Of a DNA stretch of 64,000 nucleotides, positions 26,512 through 42,303 are shown piece after piece; positions within the stretch are counted from its first letter, which is position 1; each line of letters starts with the position of its first letter. Both the position numbers and the translations under genes were made by a program. Location: NCBI GenBank assembly GCA_964106645.2, contig OZ067042.1, one strand, 5' to 3'. The stretch comes from Podarcis pityusensis. Its lineage: Eukaryota. The notes under the pieces are model-generated. The model was not told where the DNA came from, ran no database searches, and was given only the letters and a program-made list of their open reading frames with translations.

Positions 26512-27690
26512 TATTAAATTTTCTGTTTTACAATTTCAGATAGTCATTTTACATCCTTAAGATATCAATGACTTCCATTCTTCTCTTCCCATGATTCATT
26601 TTACATATCTTAAATCCCAGCATATTTTGCAAAAACTACCAATCAATATTCCATTATTGCATCTACCAAACACTTATGAAACGGAGGCTTTTCTTAGTCT
26701 GCATCTGTATTGGAATTATTTTTTAGGTGTTTTAAATATGTACAGAGAGAGTGAGAGAGTGTTTTATCTCTTATTTATTGCTGCCCTGGGCTCCTTTGGA
26801 GGAAGGGAGGTTATAAAATCCTTATCCCTAATCTATACTTTTCAAATTTGGTTTTTAACATCCTCAAAACAATCCACATTCATTTAGTATTTCATTATTT
26901 AGGGAGTTCTACCAACATGTGACTGTAGCAGCATCAAAGACTGCAGCTACCAGATAACTGCATGTTGCAAAATGTCATTCTAATAAAGTGGGAGCACATA
27001 TATGATAGGCTTGTCACCAATTTTAGAAGGGGTCTCTATATTAACTGTTCATTAGTTTGTATCCACCTGTTATTTTCTTGAATGTGTAGATTTGCTACAG
27101 AGATCATGCCTAAGGGTCTTTCAACAGCTGTAACATTTTCTTGTTTGCCAGTCTCTATGAGATACTATCCTAGTGGCTTCATATCTGAAATATTGGGTGA
27201 TGCTGCTCAGTAACAAAGGGTACAGCTGAGCACACAGCAAAGTGGGAAAATGAGGCTCTGCTCACTTGGCTGTCTCACTTCCTCTTTATATCACTTGGAG
27301 AAAAATGTCAATATAAGGCTACATTTTTAAAAAAAGAAATCACAAAATAATCCACATTAATTTAGGATCTGCTTCACTAAAGCTCTCCAAAGTGCTTAAT
27401 ACTAAACATGCTGGTACCCCCTCCATCGTTTAATGATTTAGCTTTTGAAGAGATGCTGAAAACACACTCTATTTCAATGGGTGGTTTGTGAGAGTGCCAT
27501 TTACAACAACAATCAGAGAAGGAAGCAGCTTTTGATTTCTAGTGAGCTGTGCTGGATTTGCTTCAAGACTTGAAAGGTTTGGAACAGGACACAGGCCAAG
27601 AAGCAGCACACTGCCAAAGACATCTAGATGCTACCTCTAAGTAGGGTGAACAGATGCAAAGGAAGACCGGGGCCCTGTACCTCATGGATG

Positions 27691-27752
<62 letters not shown>

Positions 27753-28319
27753 GAGAGAGACAGAGAATTTGACAACCACCACTTGTCACACAAATGTGAG
27801 GAAAATGGCACCTGCTGCATTTCCCCTTTCTACACAAATAATATAAGTACTAGAGGCTGGGCCCCTGCTCACTTCATTCCTCTTGCCAACCTCACCTATC
27901 CTCACCCCCACCAACCTCCTTCCCATACACTTTGCCAAACCCACCCTTTTCCTTAGAGATAACCAAACCTCCCCTTAGAGCTTGCCAAACGACTCCCCTT
28001 TCCCCTACAATTGTTCTTCCATGGCTCACCTGTGCTGCCCTCCTCTGTCTTGCAACTCAGTGCTCTTCTTATCCTCCCCAGCAATTTTCTGAAGGCTGCT
28101 ATCATGCTGTAGTTCACAGCACTGCCTGTTGGTGACAAAGCAAACTGTTGTATGACAACAGCCTTCCCTTTTTATTATATATACATTTATACAAATAATG
28201 AATAGCCCTCTTTTATATCTTCCCCTTAAGTAAATATCACCTGGATATCCTTTTCAAATCTTATACAATCTATCCAGAGACAATGGGTCTTAATTATTAG
28301 GGCTATTCCAGGTTATTCC

Positions 28320-28620
28320 AGCCAGTGAGGTATAGTGGTTAAGAGCGGTAGTCTTATAATCTGGGGAACTGGGTTTGCGTTGCCGCTCCTCCACATGCAG
28401 CTGCTGGGTGACCTTGGGCTAGTCACACTTCTCTGAAGTCTCTCAGCCCCACTCACCTCACAGAGTGTTTGTTGTGGGGGAGGAAGGGAAAGGAGAATGT
28501 TAGCCGCTTTGAGACTTCTTCGGGTAGTGATAAAGTGGGATATCAAATCCAAACTCCTCCTCCTCCTCCTCCTCCTCCTCCTCCTCCTCCTCCTCCTCCT
28601 TCTTCTTCTTCTCTTCTTCT
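28320..28620 (+). mobile_element. tRNA-derived squamate SINE (Squam3-like) with (CCT)n/(CTT)n tail
   Basis: A-box-like GGTATAGTGGTTAAGAGC, B-box-like GGGTTTGCGTTGCC, core GGGTGACCTTGGGCTAGTCAC and a simple-repeat tail. The family name is from recall. Confidence 0.75.
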
Positions 28621-29499
28621 AGAAACAAAAGGCCAGTTAGTAGTTCCCACCACGAATGGCATTTCACTCCTCATCCCTGATTTCCCATTTTCTTTTCCAA
28701 CAGACACTCTATAACGTAGAATCTAAATCCTGAGCATGCTTCGGCTTGTTTCAGATTTTTCAGCCCTTCATTAAAATAAATTGTATTTTGGCAAACCTTG
28801 AGGTTTCCCCAAGTATGCTAATACTCCATTTTGTTTTCCAAGAGTTCTATTTTTGCTACAATCCTGTTGGTACTCACCATTTGACTTCACTATGAGGGGG
28901 AGTGATACTGTTGCGGCTTAAATATGCTGTTTGGTACTGGCATATAGATGTGTGTGTCTTTTACTTTATGTTAGCCCTGAGTTATGGGCTATCTTGAAAT
29001 AGCTCTCTGGGAAGCTCTGCTGGAGACCATCTGCATAAAGCACGCAATTGCTGACATTTTGGTAATTAGCTGATTTGTTGTATGAATGTACTGTTTCCCA
29101 CTGCTTCAATCAAGCAGAACTGCTGGCAGCTTTGTGGAGAACAGCTGAGACCCTTAATGGTATTTCTGGGAATATTATAAATCAGAGACTATTTCTGAAT
29201 TTGTCCTGTTCATCTTCTCTTGATTTCGTCATACTAATATCCTGTGCATGTGCTCCTTTTTGTGTATGTGGTCTTTCAACTTCAGCTGTACAGTGATTCA
29301 GATGCTCAAATGAATCCTTGGAAAGATACCACCAGCTCTTATCTTCTGAGCTTTGCTGGGGCACATGCCCAGTTTATATTTTTTTAAAAGAAAATGATTA
29401 TGGAAGGCACTGAAAACAAGACACTGAAGATCATTATTCCATTATATAATTCACATTCACAGTTGAGGCTGAAATCCAAATAAAAGGCTGGGATTCAAC

Positions 29500-30179
29500 G
29501 TGCTACTTTACCACCCATGGGTTTGGGCACTCCCTGGTGAGTTCTTGATTCCTCACCCCTTTGAACTGCAAACCCACGTGCCACATCACAATAAGGTTTT
29601 GAAACTCATCTCTGTGTTTGCTTGGTTTTTTTAAAAAAAGCATGGAGAGCTGGTGTTTGATGAAACTGTGTGGGCAGGGCAGGGACCAGCACCCTGGCCA
29701 GGCAGGGAGCATTTGAAACACCTGCTGCCCCAGCTAGGTTTGCACCAGTTGCTGGAACAGCTCTATAAAGCCTGCCTGTCCTGGGAGGGAGGCGCGCCCC
29801 CGCCCTCAGAGAGGCCACCCCTGAAGGGGAGACACCAAAGGGGGGGGTCATCTCTTTGGGGGAGGTGCTTCAAGGGTGGAATGAGGGTACAGACCAAGTA
29901 CCAGCCACCTTGTGCTAAAATTATGGTTTTAATGGGGATGGGCTTTTAACTTGGATGGGTGTTGTTTATTTAGCGGGGTGGAGTTGTTTTAAATTGTTCT
30001 TAAGTGTTGTATGTTAATTTGTAATTTTTTTTTTATAAGGCTGATGAATATTCTACAGCCTACTAAATTTGTTTGTGGGAGGGGGGTTATTGTATTATTT
30101 TTATTTTAACTATTTACTTGTGTTTTTACCTTGTATTTTTATCCTTTGAACTGCCCTGAGATCTTGTGATGAAGGGCGG

Positions 30180-30223
<44 letters not shown>
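29500..30223 (+). mobile_element. LINE(L2)-derived non-coding element ending in a (TAA)n tail
   Basis: 3' end TGAACTGCCCTGAGATCTTGTGATGAAGGGCGGTAT(AAT)n resembles other tails in the window (~1140-1190, ~3250-3290). The 5' boundary is uncertain. Confidence 0.5.
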
Positions 30224-30224
<1 letters not shown>

Positions 30225-32060
30225 GCCTCCTTTAGCATGGCTTTAACATGGAACTAGCTGTAGTGTTCTTTCAGTCACAGTATTCAGTTTCTCTCACTCT
30301 ATCTTTAAAATGATATAGTGTAGTTGGAGAAGGAGCAACAGAGGGCAACTAATGCAACCAGGGAGACTGGTAATCCTCTGTTCTAGAGGGAGAGCTTAAA
30401 CACTTTTGGTGCTTTTTTTAGTTTAGGAAGAAAATTCAGCTAAAATAGAAAACAATAAAGGCTTGTAAAATTGTAAATATTTCCCCGCAGCACTTGATTT
30501 TTAGGGGGCAGGGCAGGGGAGGGTCATTAATGAAAGAGAACAAAAGACTCAGAACAAGCAAAAATTCATTACACAATAAAACAGTTGGCATATATGGAAT
30601 TCAGTGCACAAAATCAGAAAAGTGTAAGCAAATTCACAAAGCTCCCTGCATTATTTAATAGCAAAGGCTTGTGTATTTGCCATAGACCTGCTTAAAGTAG
30701 AGCAGGGCTAGGTGGAATCTCAAGAGGCTGCCACAACAGACAAAGACATATGAGTCTTGAGACGTTGGCTGTAAAACCTCTGATGAAGAGATGGGGCGTT
30801 GTCTGCTTTGTTGGTTTAAAAATTTTCTCTTAAAAATGAAATGCCCATTGTTAGCTGTGTGTGGACATGATTTTCAGCCCTCTGAATTACAAAGGGAATG
30901 AAGCCTTTTTCTGGGTCCATGTACTCAGCAGGCTTATGGGGCAAAGGTTGAATGTAATCTGGCACTAAGGGACCAATTTGTGCAAAACAGAGAATTGCAT
31001 CAGCTGTGACACAAAGGAACACACTATGATGCATAGTTTATGCATCAGAGTTATGAAGATGCAGATTGGCCTTTTACTGCAGCCTTTCTTCTCCCTGTAC
31101 TTGTCTATCTTGTTAGGATTCTCAAAAGTTGCCATCTCTCCCTGTCTAGAAGTCCTTGTCCCCTTCTTGTTCTCAGTGCTACAACAAATATAAAGTGAAT
31201 ATATTTTAATATTTGCATTCAAATAATCCGCACAAAAATGTAAGATAATTCATTTTGTTATGCTTTGCTTTCCCTACCTGGGATGATGCTAATCAATGGC
31301 CTCAGGTGCGTCTCTGCTTCTTAGCTTCCTCTGCCTAACAGAACTGTTGTAAAAAATACTAAGTGTTAAAAAATATGTTTAGGCTGCAATCCTATATCTA
31401 CTTTCCTTGTGGTTAACTCACTTGGGCAGACATGTATAGAATTGTGCTGTTAAAAGTGTAGGGGAATAATTGGCTATAATACTGAATGTTGAACACTTAA
31501 GCAAAAAACCGGTCAGAATAAAAGCAAAGTCATGAATTTGTTTTTCAAGGCCGGAAGGAGTTTTAACTGAACAGTCCACTTATGGCATTTTGAGAGTCAT
31601 TTGATCTTGTAAAGGCATCACCCTGCTTGCTCTGTGTTTATTTCTGCATTGATTTGCATGTTGTTCAGTTATTCCATGGCTTGCACTGCCTTTGCTTTTG
31701 ATGGCTACACCTACCAACTTTATATCCCTAGGCAGTCTCCCTAGCAACTGCCACTCTTTGCAGCAAGGCTTATCATTAATTTAGGATCCAGGATTAATAA
31801 AGACATCAGAAATATTGTGTAGGGTTCATTCCCTCCGGACTACTGTACAAACAACATACTGTTATAGGTACAGTTAATTTGCTAGCACCACTGCATGGGT
31901 GAGAAGACCACTTCCTGCAGGGCAGATGTGCAAAGAATTAAGTGACTCATTAGATTCAAGCATTTAAATATGGTGCACCTGGGAGCTTTTAGAAAATCTC
32001 ATGCATTGTTCCTTCATAGGAAATACATGTTAGCTTAACTGGCCCAGGTTTGTTTGTTTG

Positions 32061-32098
<38 letters not shown>

Positions 32099-34124
32099 AA
32101 AAGCAATACACACATGATCAGTGTGTAAGCAAATAGCATACACCATGACTAAGGTTGCTGCTAGATACCCACCTTATTTATTTTGATTCTTTCTGCAACA
32201 TTTCCCCTTGTCACAGTTCCATTGAATTCTCTACATCAAACACCGCATATCCTTGATGCAGTCTTTTGTTCTCCCTATCTATTTTGTGTGCCATATTTTA
32301 TCACTGTGAGGTAGGTACAGCAACATGTAATGCATCTCAGCACACTGTGGAGGAAAACAATGTTGCTGCATTTTTAACCACTAATGTATACACACTCCCA
32401 GTCTTTTCCATCTTTTGCTGTCATTTGTTGCCACCCTTCCATGCCTTCCTCTGCGTCACTTACTTTTTTTGATTCCCTTCTGCAATAAAAGAACCTCCTC
32501 TTGGCAGAGTTGAGCCTCTTTTATTTGCATGGCGCATCAGCTGCCTGCTAATTCTTCACTTAGCACCATCTTCTTCTTCTGAAAGGTCATTTGAATGACG
32601 CCTAAACTTATAGATTTGCTATTTTAAGGTTTGCCATTATTCTGTGTTTGTGCCTCTGTTTGCTGTCTCTTATTTTAAAATGCAATAAACAATTAAGGAA
32701 CAGTGACAGAGCAAGCCAGTCTCAGTTCTTGGATTGCCATGGTAACATTCTCCACATCAGAGGAGAAGTGTGGTACAGAATTCAAAAGTATATGTTTGTT
32801 GCACTTGGATTTTAAATGACACTGAAGTGAAATCCTTGTTCTTTGGCTTGGTTAGAATCAAAAGTCTGGAAGGGTCATCAGAAGTATAGTCCAGTTGATC
32901 CAGACTCTTATAATGAGATGGTTTCCTTGTACCAAACCCATTCCTACTTTGCTTTTCCAGTTCTGTTATCAAAGTCAGTTTGATTGGAGATTTCCCATGG
33001 ATTGAACATGGAACCATATGTTCTGCCATTATAAGCTATGATTGTTCCTGCAACCTAAGCACTTTGCTTGATGCTCTATTCATCAGCGGCAACAAAATAA
33101 AACAAAAAAAATGAGCTCTGTCTCTCTACTGCCTGACAATGTACTGTAGAAGTGTGGCTATGGAAGCTACAATGCAGTCTATCTGGATTGAATCTTTATT
33201 TCTTTTCCATACCACTTTACTAAATGGCTGTTCTGAACCAGTACTTGGGTGCAGCAAGAAATTGGATGAAGATGAATAAACTTATGTCAATCCAGACAAG
33301 ATGGAGGTACTTTTGGTTTATCAACCGAACAATGCTCAGTCTGTTCTAGATGTGGTTGGACTTTCCCTAAAGCATCAAGTTTGCAGTCTGGAACTGCTTA
33401 TTTATCCTGCACCATCATTAATTAAAGACTTAGGTAGCCTCTCTGTATCTTCAAGTGCCTTTTATCAGCTTTGACTTTTATGCCAGCTGTGACCTTACTT
33501 GAATTTAGATAGCTTGGCCACAATTACCCATGGTCTCAGGGGCAGCCCATCCCATTTCGCCACCTGAGGCAAAATGGGAATCGCTGCCTCCTGGCTCCAA
33601 CCACTGCACCTCACTTCTGCTGCTGCTCCCTGGCTCTCACCAAATAAGGTGGGCGTCGGGGCACTCTTCCAAGAGTTGCTGCTCTCTTGGCTTCTCCACC
33701 CAGGAGCAAGGAAGACAAATGGCAACACTGCATGCTGGAATGCCGCCTCCTTGGCAGCAGAAGCGGTGTCCTAAAAATTGAAAGTGTGGTCACTTCAAAA
33801 TTGCCCGCAATGGACAGGATACCCCTTCTGGTTCATGGGGCAGTTTGCAGGGTTAAAGTGTTATAGCGATAATTTGGGATAAATTCTCAACCCATTCCAT
33901 ACTGAGTTTGGTACTGAGTGGTGAAACATTTGTATGACAGCTCTGCAACGTGGGAGGGTGAAAAGCAATTATCGCTCTCTTTAGAAGTTTGTATCCTTTG
34001 CCGAAAGTCAATCTCAAGCACTGCATTTTTAAAAAGAGAGAGAAAGAGCCTGTCCCCGCCCCCCATTTATGGAGCACAGCAAGTCTTTAAGAAATTAGAA
34101 ATGTATGGATTCAGAACTATAGTA

Positions 34125-34363
34125 CAGGTAACCCCCCCATTTACAAATGTTCAATATGTGTGTGACCCCCAACACGCGCATCACTTCGAACTTGGGAGTG
34201 ACCCAAAACATCACAAAAACATCAAAAAGGGGTGGGGTGGCGGCGGTACAGGGTGTTTGCAGGCGTTTTCAGTCGTGTTTCAAATACACACACGCAATTT
34301 CACTTAAATGCATGTTGTCTTGGAACATAACCTCTGCGTAAATGGGGGTGGGGTGGTTGCCTG
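34125..34363. mobile_element. Tigger/mariner-like MITE
   Basis: TA|CAGGTAACCCCCCCATTTAC...GTAAATGGGGG...GGTTGCCTG|TA. Confidence 0.7.
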
Positions 34364-34987
34364 TATTTCCACACATACTGTATGTATTTTTAAAATTCAG
34401 AATAAATGGATGGTAAGGACTCCAGAATATATATATAATTTATACATTTGTCTAAGAGTGCAATATTATACTTACTGAACTATATGGGAAGAAGCAGCTG
34501 TTGGTGGGGCTGAGCAGGGTAGGGAGCCCTTGTTCACATGGCATCCCAATGCAGAGATCTGAGAAGGTGATGGGCAAGATAGCAAGGAAGCTGGCATGGT
34601 ACGGGCGCAGGGGCAGGAGCATTGGATTGGCTCCACCACTGTGCCCAGACCACACCAAACTCCCTTCCACACAGAGATGCCAACTTGAATAAAATGGGGG
34701 GTGGGGTGGGAAGGTAGGCCCTGCCCTGCATAATTGATCACAAGATGTGGCACATACACACCATTTGAATGGCAATGCCCAGCAACTTGGGAGGGGTGGC
34801 CCCCTCAAATATTTTATTGGCGTGGCCAAAGTGACCTTGACTTCCAGGAGGTGGCTCCAATGCCTCCACCTAATCCCTCTCCCTCATGTTTACCAGCAGC
34901 AACCTCCATGTTGGCAAGCTGGGTGAGCCATGCCACCTCACCCCACCCCACCAACTGATGCCAAACCTATACTGAATTCTATCCCTA

Positions 34988-35367
34988 AAGGTAAAGGTAA
35001 AGGGACCCCTGACCATCAGGTCCAGTCATGGCCGACTCGGGTTGCGGCGCTCATCTCACTTTATTGGCCGAGGGAGCCGGTGTACAGCTTCCGGGTCATG
35101 TGGCCAGCATGACTAAGCCGCTTGTAGCGAACCAGAGCAGCACACAGAAACACCGTTTACCTTCCCGCTGGAGCGGTACCTATTTATCTACTTTTTATCT
35201 ATTTATTTAGCTTCGAAAGCTTTGACGTGCTTTCGAACTGCTAGGTTGGCAGGAGCAGGGACCGAGCAACGGGAGCTCACCCCATCACGGGGATTTGAAC
35301 CGCCGACCTTCTGATCGGCAAGCCCAAGAGGCTCTGTGGTTTAACCCACAGCGCCACCCACGTCCCT
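34988..35367 (-). mobile_element. Full-length Sauria SINE (lacertid type)
   Basis: Minus strand begins GGGACGTGGGTGGCGCTGTGGGTTAAACC (tRNA-like head), has B-box GGTTCAAATCC and an (ACCTTT)n tail; 13-bp TSD AATTCTATCCCTA (34975-34987 / 35368-35380). Confidence 0.92.
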
Positions 35368-35663
35368 AATTCTATCCCTAGCTGAATGTAAAAGCATTTA
35401 ATGACACCCCGGTGAACTGAAAATGAACGCAACCTATGAATGCTTACCCACTCCTTTCATTTTCCATTCAGAGTTTATAGTAGTTTGTTTTTGTTTCATT
35501 GATTAATAACAAAACTCAACTAAAAATTAGGGCTGTATCCAACACTGTGCACAGTGGGACTTCCCTGTTGCTTTCCTCTCCCTAAGCCCCTGCCAAATCT
35601 AGTTTTGAGGGATCCCCAACCCTCTAGAGCAGATTCTGAGGATGCACAGTGAGCTGCAGGGCA

Positions 35664-35837
35664 GAGGAGAGGAGAGGAGAGGAGAGGAGAGGAGAGAAGG
35701 GAAGAGAAGAGAAGAGAAGAGAAGAGAAGAGAAGAGAAGAGAAGAGGGGAGTTGCATTGAGCAAGTGGAATGGCAGCATTGGATGCAATCCAATAATAGT
35801 AATAGTAATAGTAATAGTAATAGTAATAGTAATAATA
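35664..35837. repeat. (GGAGA)n/(GAAGA)n pentanucleotide followed by (TAATAG)n hexanucleotide repeats
   Basis: Direct reading. Confidence 0.95.
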
Positions 35838-37241
35838 AAATAAAGAGTGCAATCTTATGTGTTCCTGCTTAGAAGCTAGTCTCATTGAGTTCCATGCACC
35901 CTAAAATGCAGACAAGTTCTGGGAGAAAGTGGCATGAATTGTTGCTGGGGAGGGACAGACATCTCTCATGCCTTCTCTTACTCAAGGGCCATCCCTCTAT
36001 AGTCTATAAGGAAGTGTTAGATGGCTGGTTAGCTAGTTGCTGTACATATGAGTCATGATAGCTTTCTGGCTGAATAATAAGGGTGAGTGGCTCACATTAA
36101 GGACACTCTGCCACTTGCTGTTTCTGACGTGTGAGAGACTCGTCATAGCTGTGTCTGCAGCTAGCTCTAGTAATTGATGCACATAACCACTGACCTTCCC
36201 ATGTTTGCTGTCAGCTATGCTTATCAATTACCTCTGAGTCCCTTACATCAAGACGCATGGTTAATGACCCTTCTGTGGTCTTAAGAGCACTGCTTTCTAC
36301 AAAGGCAAAGCTCTGCTATACACTCATTCCATGTCTCTCTACTCAGGCCAGCACTGCATTGAATGTTTTAGGCCTATTTTGTTGCTGCATAGCATACCAG
36401 CAAAGAGAAGCACTTGGTTGCTGTAAATGGAGGCATACTGTTACCGCAGATGGATGTACAAACACTCCTTCCTATGTACGATAGGAAGCAGCACGCTGAA
36501 ACTGAAAGTCTAATGCACATGCAACAACAACAACAACATGATTATGATGTAGTGCCTACACTGAACAGCTGTAGAAAACAATATACAGAGTTCCTACCAA
36601 AGGCGCTGACTTGCCCCCCACATTGTGGGGGCACATCACATGATGCGCCATGTTACACGTCATGTGATGCATCCCGCCCCCAGCTGGCATGCGGGTGTTT
36701 GTGTGCTGGGCTGGGACCTGCAATGTTCCTACCCACAGGCTTCTAATCAAAAAGATTATGCCTCAAGGTTGTGGAATAACCTTATTTGTTTCCCTAGGCT
36801 TTTATGTGCATTCTAATGCATTAATGATTTTTAAAGTACGCTGTTCATGCTTTCTTTGTATTTTATCGTGCTTTTGTAAACTGCTCTTGAAACTTCTGCT
36901 GAAACCATTTAAATAAAAATAGCCCCCCTTGCAAGGTCAGGAGCTGCTTCCTTCCCTCTCTGCATTCCCCAAGGGACATGAAACCCAACTATGCTGAGTA
37001 GCATTTGGCTGCTGACTCATTTGTAGGCTGTTTATGATCATACTGAGTGGATGAAATCACTGTCCCCACCCCCTCCAATTTGCATTGTTGTTTTAAGCAA
37101 GTTTTCTTGTATTTTTATGTAAGCTGTGTTTTATGCATTGGAAAAACACCGCACTAAAAAAATCTAAATAAATACACTATATCGAGCTGTGGATATTATG
37201 CAGTGGGAGCTTATGCATGTGATCTGATCCCACATCAGGAA

Positions 37242-37286
<45 letters not shown>

Positions 37287-38196
37287 ATAAAAAAGAAGGG
37301 CAAATGGATGGAACTGGTCCCATAGGTCTTTCCCATTGAATGGGCAGCCTAAAGACCCAGGAAGTCAGCCTTATTTCTGTAGTCATGTCATTCATGTGCG
37401 TTTCCCCGCAGTGTGTCATCACATCATTCTAAAGTCTCTTTGGATGTGAAGAGCCACCTGCATTGGCTGCATCATGATTCACATTGCTAACCAAACAGAT
37501 AATTAGAAATCATCCAAGAACTCGTAGCAGCTGTAGATGGCTTTAATGGCCCAGCAATCAATGTATCTGCCTTCTGTGGGAGGATATCGCTGAATGGAAG
37601 AATTTCAGAACATAATAGTTGAATGTATGTCTCTGTGTTGTGGGGACTATATGCTTCATCCCAGCTTCTGATTTGATCCTGGAATGCCCATATGTCCCCC
37701 GCCATTGCTTCCCCCACTGAGCTCTGGGAGGAGTATGACAGCAGCCACGAGAGAGATTCCATGGCCTCTCCATGGCCTCTCCACGGCTGCTGCTGCCGGC
37801 CTCCTCTCTTGGGCAGCTCACAGCGGCTGCTGTGATCCTTTGCATGCAAAAGATGTGCTCTCCCACTGAGCTATGGCCCTTCCTCAAATACATTAGGTGT
37901 ACAAGGATAGAAGAGACTCTAGTCTTATGCTTGAGTATTTCCCTAGCTATTTCTTAAGCCTAGTTAGTACTTGAAGGCACTGCCCTGCAGCGTGTAGCTG
38001 ACTAGTTCACATGTTTCAAGAGGGGCAGGACTCTGTCTGATGTAGCCTGGCCTATTGGGGGATCAATCTGTGGGGACATGTGGCGTACGAGCTGCCTGAT
38101 AGTGAGTGCAAGTGGAATGTGTGCTCCAAATCAGTGGATTGAATGGCTTTAGGGACCTGGATGCCTCAAAGCAACAATTCTTCTATTGAAATGTAG

Positions 38197-38622
<426 letters not shown>

Positions 38623-39475
38623 TACTATTAAGTTGGCTTAGCATTGGACTTGGATTTTGAAGTTACTGTATAGTGAGATGCTCCTGAATAAATATTTGTC
38701 TAAAAATAATTCAAGGCAATTATTCAGTAAGTGGTTTTGAACAAGAAATAATTTTGAGGAGTAATCACAAGCAATTCATGGACAAATAGTGGGGAAACTG
38801 TGACTCAGCTGCTCTCTGTATTTGCACAGCTGGGTTTATGGGCCTTTTTATTTTATCTGCCTAATATATGCTCCAAAAGACAGGGAAGTGTTGAGTGCGA
38901 CATTGGAGATATTCATCAGGATAGTGCTGTTCAACATTACGTAAGCTGGAGTCAAATGCCTCAGTGATTACTTCAGTTACATTACAAATATAACATTAAT
39001 AGAAATCTTTCTGAGGCCCACCATGTCATAATAGTGGGTCAATTACCGCAAATATAGATCAAATATAGGATGATTATTATGCCGTACACTTTAGTGGCAT
39101 TCATGCCCAAGGCCCCTTTGCTGCGTAATTCTGCAGGGCAGTTTGAGTTGCCATTTTCCAAATGGCTACAGAGCACTATGCATTATGTATTCTAAGCCTT
39201 GAAATAAATCATTTGAGAAGATCCTGCTCTGCTGGAAGGCTCCAAATTCCATCCTGAGTTCTTATTTTTGCTTCCATAATTGCTCAGAAGTAATAGCACA
39301 CACAAAAAATATTCTGATCGAACTGCTCCAATGTGAGGTCGTATTAATTCTGACATGTTTTTAGAATAATTCTTGGTTAAAAAATAAATGAACAGTATGC
39401 CATGGAAAGGGGAGAAAAGTTCTCTTCTTTTCTCTTTTGATGCTTTCTCAGTATCCCTCATCTTTTTCTTAATAG

Positions 39476-39682
<207 letters not shown>

Positions 39683-40399
39683 TAGAAACTAACAAGCAGG
39701 TCCAAGAAAGGGGTGTTTGGGGTGGGATTTGGAAAGTGAATAACTATAAGAAAGGTAAGGAATGTGTGGAACAGTTAAGTTGGTGAGCGGCAATAAAGAG
39801 AGTGTGGAAGTCCGTGGGCTCATTGAGAAAATGGAAAGACGTAGTACCACCTAGTGGTAGGTGAGTTAAAGGGGACACAAATAATATCTCTGGGAGGCCA
39901 TAACTGAGCTGAAGGGCAGCGGCTACTGATTCAACCCATAAGGGAACCCAGGAAACCATGAGGGAAGACAGGGAAAGAGAGAGCATGGGCGCTGGAGGGA
40001 GGATACATTTCATTATTTTGCGAAGCAGCACAAGGCTAAGGGCCCCTGTTGACACCTCTGTCCATCAGTTGGCTGAAGTAAACCATTGCCTGGGGGGGGG
40101 GTGAGAGCCTAGAAGGAAGGAGCAAATGAGAGGACGCTCAGGCCTACTGGCTGGACAAGCAGGGCTTACCTGCCTGTGGCCTGTACCTTTAAAAGAGGTT
40201 TAGTTTAAAATTTATTAAAAGCTACCAGAATTGTCTTTGTTTCAGTGAAAGGATGAACTTATATGTGGAGCTACCCTAGCTATACCCCAGCTATCCCAGT
40301 GATGTAGATTTTCTTGTTCAACAAACATCTAGATAGAAATCTAGGCAGCTGCCAGATTATTGATAGATTCTGAGTAAATGGTACTATTGTCATAGATAA

Positions 40400-40522
<123 letters not shown>

Positions 40523-40879
40523 TAGTCCATACTTCCTTTGGGGCAAGATGGAATATAGGATGGGTTTTCTGAGCATGAATGTAAGTCGTATCGGCGTGTG
40601 GAAACACAAAGTCATTGGATTATGAACTGACAACAACAAAAGTTACAGAATAGTGTTCTACTAAATTCTTGGGTGACCAGGTAATAAAGAAGACAAGACT
40701 CCTGACCTTTAATAGTTGTTTAGAAGAAAGGATTTCAGCAGCTATGGCTTTTTAACACGAAATTCCCTTTTCTACACAACTGTTAGGTGAAGCAGCCTTG
40801 TCTTCTTCTTTTTATCTCTCCACCCTAGGGGTTCACCATGTTTACTTTTAGGTACAAATTGAGTGGGCAGCAGCTGCCT

Positions 40880-41078
40880 TAGGGTTCAGCCCCACTTCCA
40901 TTCACCCTGCTGCTTTTCCCCAGGAAAGCTCGTAGTTTAGCACTGAACTGGAACAAATGGCAGTTGCGTTTTCTGTGGATTGCCGTTCTGATTTAGTGCT
41001 AAACAGCAGGTTTTCCAGGGGGAAATGGTGGGGCAAATGCAAAACTGCTTGGATAAGCAGCAGTGTGGACAAGCCTTT
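40880..41078. repeat. Dispersed repeat (MITE-like); second copy at ~60877-61050
   Basis: Both loci share AGGGTTCA.CC.CACTTCCATT...GGAACAAATGGCAGTTG...AAAACTGCTTGGA. Confidence 0.6.
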
Positions 41079-41659
41079 AGTCAGCTTTCAGTGTTAACCT
41101 GATGATCCTGCACAGCCGTGCTCCCTCCTCCCCTTATCGGATGAATAATATGCAACTCTGCTCACAAAGCAGCTCCCTTTTGAAAATCTGCTTCCAGTGT
41201 TTCTGTTAGCACTATCTGCTGTGCATATTTCTGTTTACACATCTGTCTTCAGGGTTTGAAAAGCTTGTGAAGAGAGCACTGGGTAAAAAGTGCAATCCAA
41301 AGAAAGTTTGAGCTATCAGTGGAACACAGAGCTATCAGGTGCTTAATTATTTGGAAGTATGTCCCATTGTGTTCAGTGGGCCTTACTCTCAGATAAGCGT
41401 GTACAGGATTCTGCTTAATTGTGTTCCTAAACCCCTTTGATCTGTTCATAGATTTTATTTGTGAGGTCTTCCCAAAGAACTTCTCCCCAACTCACTGTTT
41501 AGAAATAATATATTGTAGGCTCAGGTCAAAGGGGTTTTGTTTTATTGTGCTCTGAAGAGATAATTTGCACTATGTGTGTATCAGGTAGTGTCCACAAGAT
41601 GTGCCCTCTCCTATGCAGCTGTGCTTATGTTCAAATAGATCCAATTTTTCAGTGCATAA

Positions 41660-41869
<210 letters not shown>

Positions 41870-42303
41870 TAAAAAACAACAACTGCAGGAAGGCCTACCT
41901 CATACTCCCATGTAGTCATGAATATAATTGTTATTCAGAGCTCTTTTCACCAGAGGTCTTTGTGGTAAGGGGGGGGTTATTGGGGAGCTGAGATTGCCTA
42001 AGGGGACAGTAGATGGTACTGGGACACGAGGACCCCCTAGCAAACCCGTGGCCCTCCAGATGTCATTGGACTACAACTACTATAAATCTCTGACCATTGA
42101 CAATGATGGCTGCAGCTGATGGGAGGTTCACAGCTTTCCCATCCCTGTTTTAAAGAATTGCTTAAGCACTTGAGCACTGTGTAGAATCTTAATTACCAGC
42201 CTGGATTCCTGCCTTGTCAGCCTTGCTTCCCAGTTGAATGAGGCTTTTGAGACCTTGGAGAAAGACCTCCTTATAGCATTGGATCTTTGCAAGTAGAAGG
42301 TGA

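Noticed and set aside
35520-35885. ORFs with poly-Tyr, LLFSS or EEKRR repeats (also poly-Leu at 22492 and 44150, CVCV/HTHT elsewhere)
   Set aside because: These are translations of microsatellites.
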